Shown piece after piece: positions 29,209 to 30,928 of a DNA stretch of 30,928 bases. The notes beneath the pieces were generated by a model that was given only the letters and a program-made list of their open reading frames with translations, searched no databases and was not told the origin of the DNA. Source of the DNA: Candidatus Woesearchaeota archaeon. GTDB taxonomy: Archaea > Nanobdellota > Nanobdellia > SCGC-AAA011-G17 > PNOQ01. The DNA is taken from the NCBI GenBank assembly GCA_043812195.1, contig JBDRML010000024.1:1-30928 (forward strand), written 5' to 3'. Position numbers and translations under genes: made by a program. The stretch's first letter is position 1. Each line of letters opens with the position of its first letter.

Positions 29209-29604
29209 CTAGTCATCAAGAGGAGTAAAATATTGCTCGAAGAGTTCCATGCTTTTTCGGAGATAGCGAGCCTCTTGGTCCGATTTATCCTCTTTTGCTT
29301 CGTAAAGCTCAGAAGCTCGTGTGTATGATCTCGCTTGGCTGGTTAACAAGTCGTTAGCCCAGGCTTCTAGGTCGTCAGCGGTCGTGTAAGGTAGTAAATG
29401 TACATTGCGATCTTTTCCCATGAATTCCATTTCTCCATAAAGACCAGCACAAGCTCCAGAGTGAACAAGATACCTCAACGTGATTCCTTCATTCAATCTA
29501 AATCTTCGACTGTTGACCATTACTTCTGTGCCGGCTTCTATTTGGTATGTGCCGCTTCCGTCAGGGAAGACACCCAATTTCACTTCTATTGGTGATAGTT
29601 CCAT
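29209..29604 (-). CDS. Cassette 8 hypothetical protein
   Basis: ATG 29604; enclosed by two nested inverted-repeat pairs. Confidence 0.7.
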   Translation of the reverse strand: MELSPIEVKLGVFPDGSGTYQIEAGTEVMVNSRRFRLNEGITLRYLVHSGACAGLYGEMEFMGKDRNVHLLPYTTADDLEAWANDLLTSQARSYTRASELYEAKEDKSDQEARYLRKSMELFEQYFTPLDD

Positions 29605-29754
29605 ATTCAAGGAGAACCTCTGCTTATTTTTATAATTATGGTTTTTACTCAGGCTACAAATTTACTTCTCCGCTCCTCGTTCACTTCGTGAACTGCGGTG
29701 CTCAACCCCATTGCATTCTCACCTCGTTTATTAACTTCGTTATAAACTCGGCTC

Positions 29755-29782
29755 GGGGAATATAACACCAATTAGTTACAAT
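29755..29782 (+). repeat. dif-like site S9
   Basis: GGGGAATATAA-CACCAA-TTAGTTACAAT. Confidence 0.8.
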
Positions 29783-29785
29783 CGC

Positions 29786-30415
29786 TCAGGGTCGCCTTGC
29801 ATATATTTCCCAAAAAGCTGATTTTTTACTTGGGAAATTTTCACTTACACCTTCAAAATCCTTTAATTTAATGATTTCATACCTTTTAAAGAATTCTCTC
29901 ATCTCTTCCTCTGCAAAATAATGATGAGGCATGTCTCCGTCAATGGAGTCAATATTAATTTTTGTATTTGGTTCAATTTCCTTACCAGTTAAATATTCAG
30001 GGTGTTTTGTTGATGGAACTCTCAGAAATAATACACCTCCTTTTCTTAATACTCTATAAATTTCAGAAATAGTTTTTTTTATTTTTGCTATTTTTCCATG
30101 TTCAATAACAAAATCGCATAAAACACCATCAAAAAAACTATCTTTATATGATAAAGAAGTCATATCACATTGTTTAAATTCAATTTCTTTTAAAATCTCA
30201 CGTGATATTTTTAATGCACTCTCCGATGAATCACAGCCATAAACTTGAAAACCTTGTTTTAATAAATAAAGAGTATGCCTTCCAGTTCCACAGCCCAAAT
30301 CGAGAATTCTTTCTAATCGTTCTTTTTTAAAAAAATCAGCAGCTTCAATAACTTTTATAGATGGTTCTTTCTGAACTATTCCTTTCTCTTTGTATAATGA
30401 ATCCCAATCCTTCAT
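29786..30415 (-). CDS. Cassette 9 class I SAM-dependent methyltransferase
   Basis: ILDLGCGTGRH, GCDSS, CDM, RVLRKGG. Confidence 0.9.
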   Translation of the reverse strand: MKDWDSLYKEKGIVQKEPSIKVIEAADFFKKERLERILDLGCGTGRHTLYLLKQGFQVYGCDSSESALKISREILKEIEFKQCDMTSLSYKDSFFDGVLCDFVIEHGKIAKIKKTISEIYRVLRKGGVLFLRVPSTKHPEYLTGKEIEPNTKINIDSIDGDMPHHYFAEEEMREFFKRYEIIKLKDFEGVSENFPSKKSAFWEIYARRP

Positions 30416-30507
30416 AATATAATAAAAAGTAATTTTAATATATAAATACTTCTATGGGCGACCTTGAGCGACTTTTCTACCGAAATTTTACCCCACTTCG
30501 TAGGGTA

Positions 30508-30535
30508 AAAGAAACTAACACCAATTATACAACAT
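30508..30535 (+). repeat. dif-like site S10
   Basis: AAAGAAACTAA-CACCAA-TTATACAACAT. Confidence 0.8.
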
Positions 30536-30537
30536 TA

Positions 30538-30789
30538 TTACTCGACAGAATTCCTATGTGGCTCCCAGTTCGGATTCCAGGTACCAGATGTAATCATTAA
30601 AGAGAATTCAAGTGCTGATTGCACTTAGCATAAAGACGGTTCTATTCTTTCATAACTTGCTCGGGCTGCTTCATAACTTTTCTGGATAAGTGTTTGCCCT
30701 GAATCAGAAACTATTCCAGCTAATGCTATAGCATAGAGTGATGTGGCCCCCACACCAACCAACAAATTAAGTCTTAAGTTCTTATCCAT
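30538..30789 (-). pseudogene. Cassette 10 gene (83 codons) with one in-frame TAA
   Basis: ATG 30789, hydrophobic N-terminus, TAA at 30625-30627, frame then stays open to the conserved GAG-TAA at 30538. Confidence 0.6.
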
Positions 30790-30928
30790 AAAGGAGATAA
30801 TTCATCAAGTTTTAAATGTTTATCGGAATTCTGCCTACGTCATACACAAAACCTTTATTGTCCTAATTCCGTTTCACTTCATTATAATCATAAATCTTTT
30901 GGTTTGCTCCATTTAACGCTCACTCTCC

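Larger units (their letters stand above)
25495..30928. mobile_element. Array of gene cassettes delimited by ten direct-repeat dif/Xer-like sites (nine complete units plus one running off the edge)
   Basis: Repeated 11-6-11 bp sites, arm complementarity across cassettes, gene-flanking inverted repeats, GNA-loop hairpins, unrelated accessory cargo. Confidence 0.8.

Noticed and set aside
27191-29765. Plus-strand ORFs 27191..27511, 27222..27437, 29398..29595 and 29547..29765
   Set aside because: Antisense shadows of cassette genes or spans across linkers, with no promoter or motif support.
25495-30535. Classical integron attC sites (GTT-containing cores such as GTTAGAC on minus)
   Set aside because: The two half-sites are only 6 bp apart, with no L boxes or long attC hairpin after the gene, and no intI is in view.
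25495-30535. CRISPR array
   Set aside because: Repeats are degenerate, spacing is 106-914 bp, units contain genes, and there are no cas genes.
30625-30627. Stop-codon reassignment
   Set aside because: TAA terminates many conserved genes in this window; this is a single event.

Overview
AT-rich archaeal chromosome segment. GatD/GatE, Dph2, TATA/BRE promoters and compact genes suggest a DPANN-type host such as Woesearchaeota or Pacearchaeota (inference). Bases 1-24093 are mostly housekeeping: a sugar/glycolysis operon (gap, GH15-like hydrolase, pgk, His-phosphatase, PfkB kinase, class I aldolase, tpi) interrupted by TA-like modules, then transporters, gatE/gatD, a free-standing LAGLIDADG-HTH gene, a redox cluster, an L,D-transpeptidase-like gene and a split dph2. 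From about 25.5 kb to the window end lies the main discovery, an integron-like gene-cassette array. It has ten directly repeated 28-bp dif/Xer-like sites (11-6-11 bp) separating small unrelated genes that mostly carry their own promoters. The arms of these sites are complementary across each cassette (right arm of site n to left arm of site n+1) rather than within a site, as expected if each unit once existed as an independent circle. Most cassette genes are clamped by cassette-specific inverted repeats. The linkers are rich in hairpins whose loops read GNA on the minus strand, which points to folded single-stranded DNA. No recombinase gene is in the window, and the array probably continues past the right edge.
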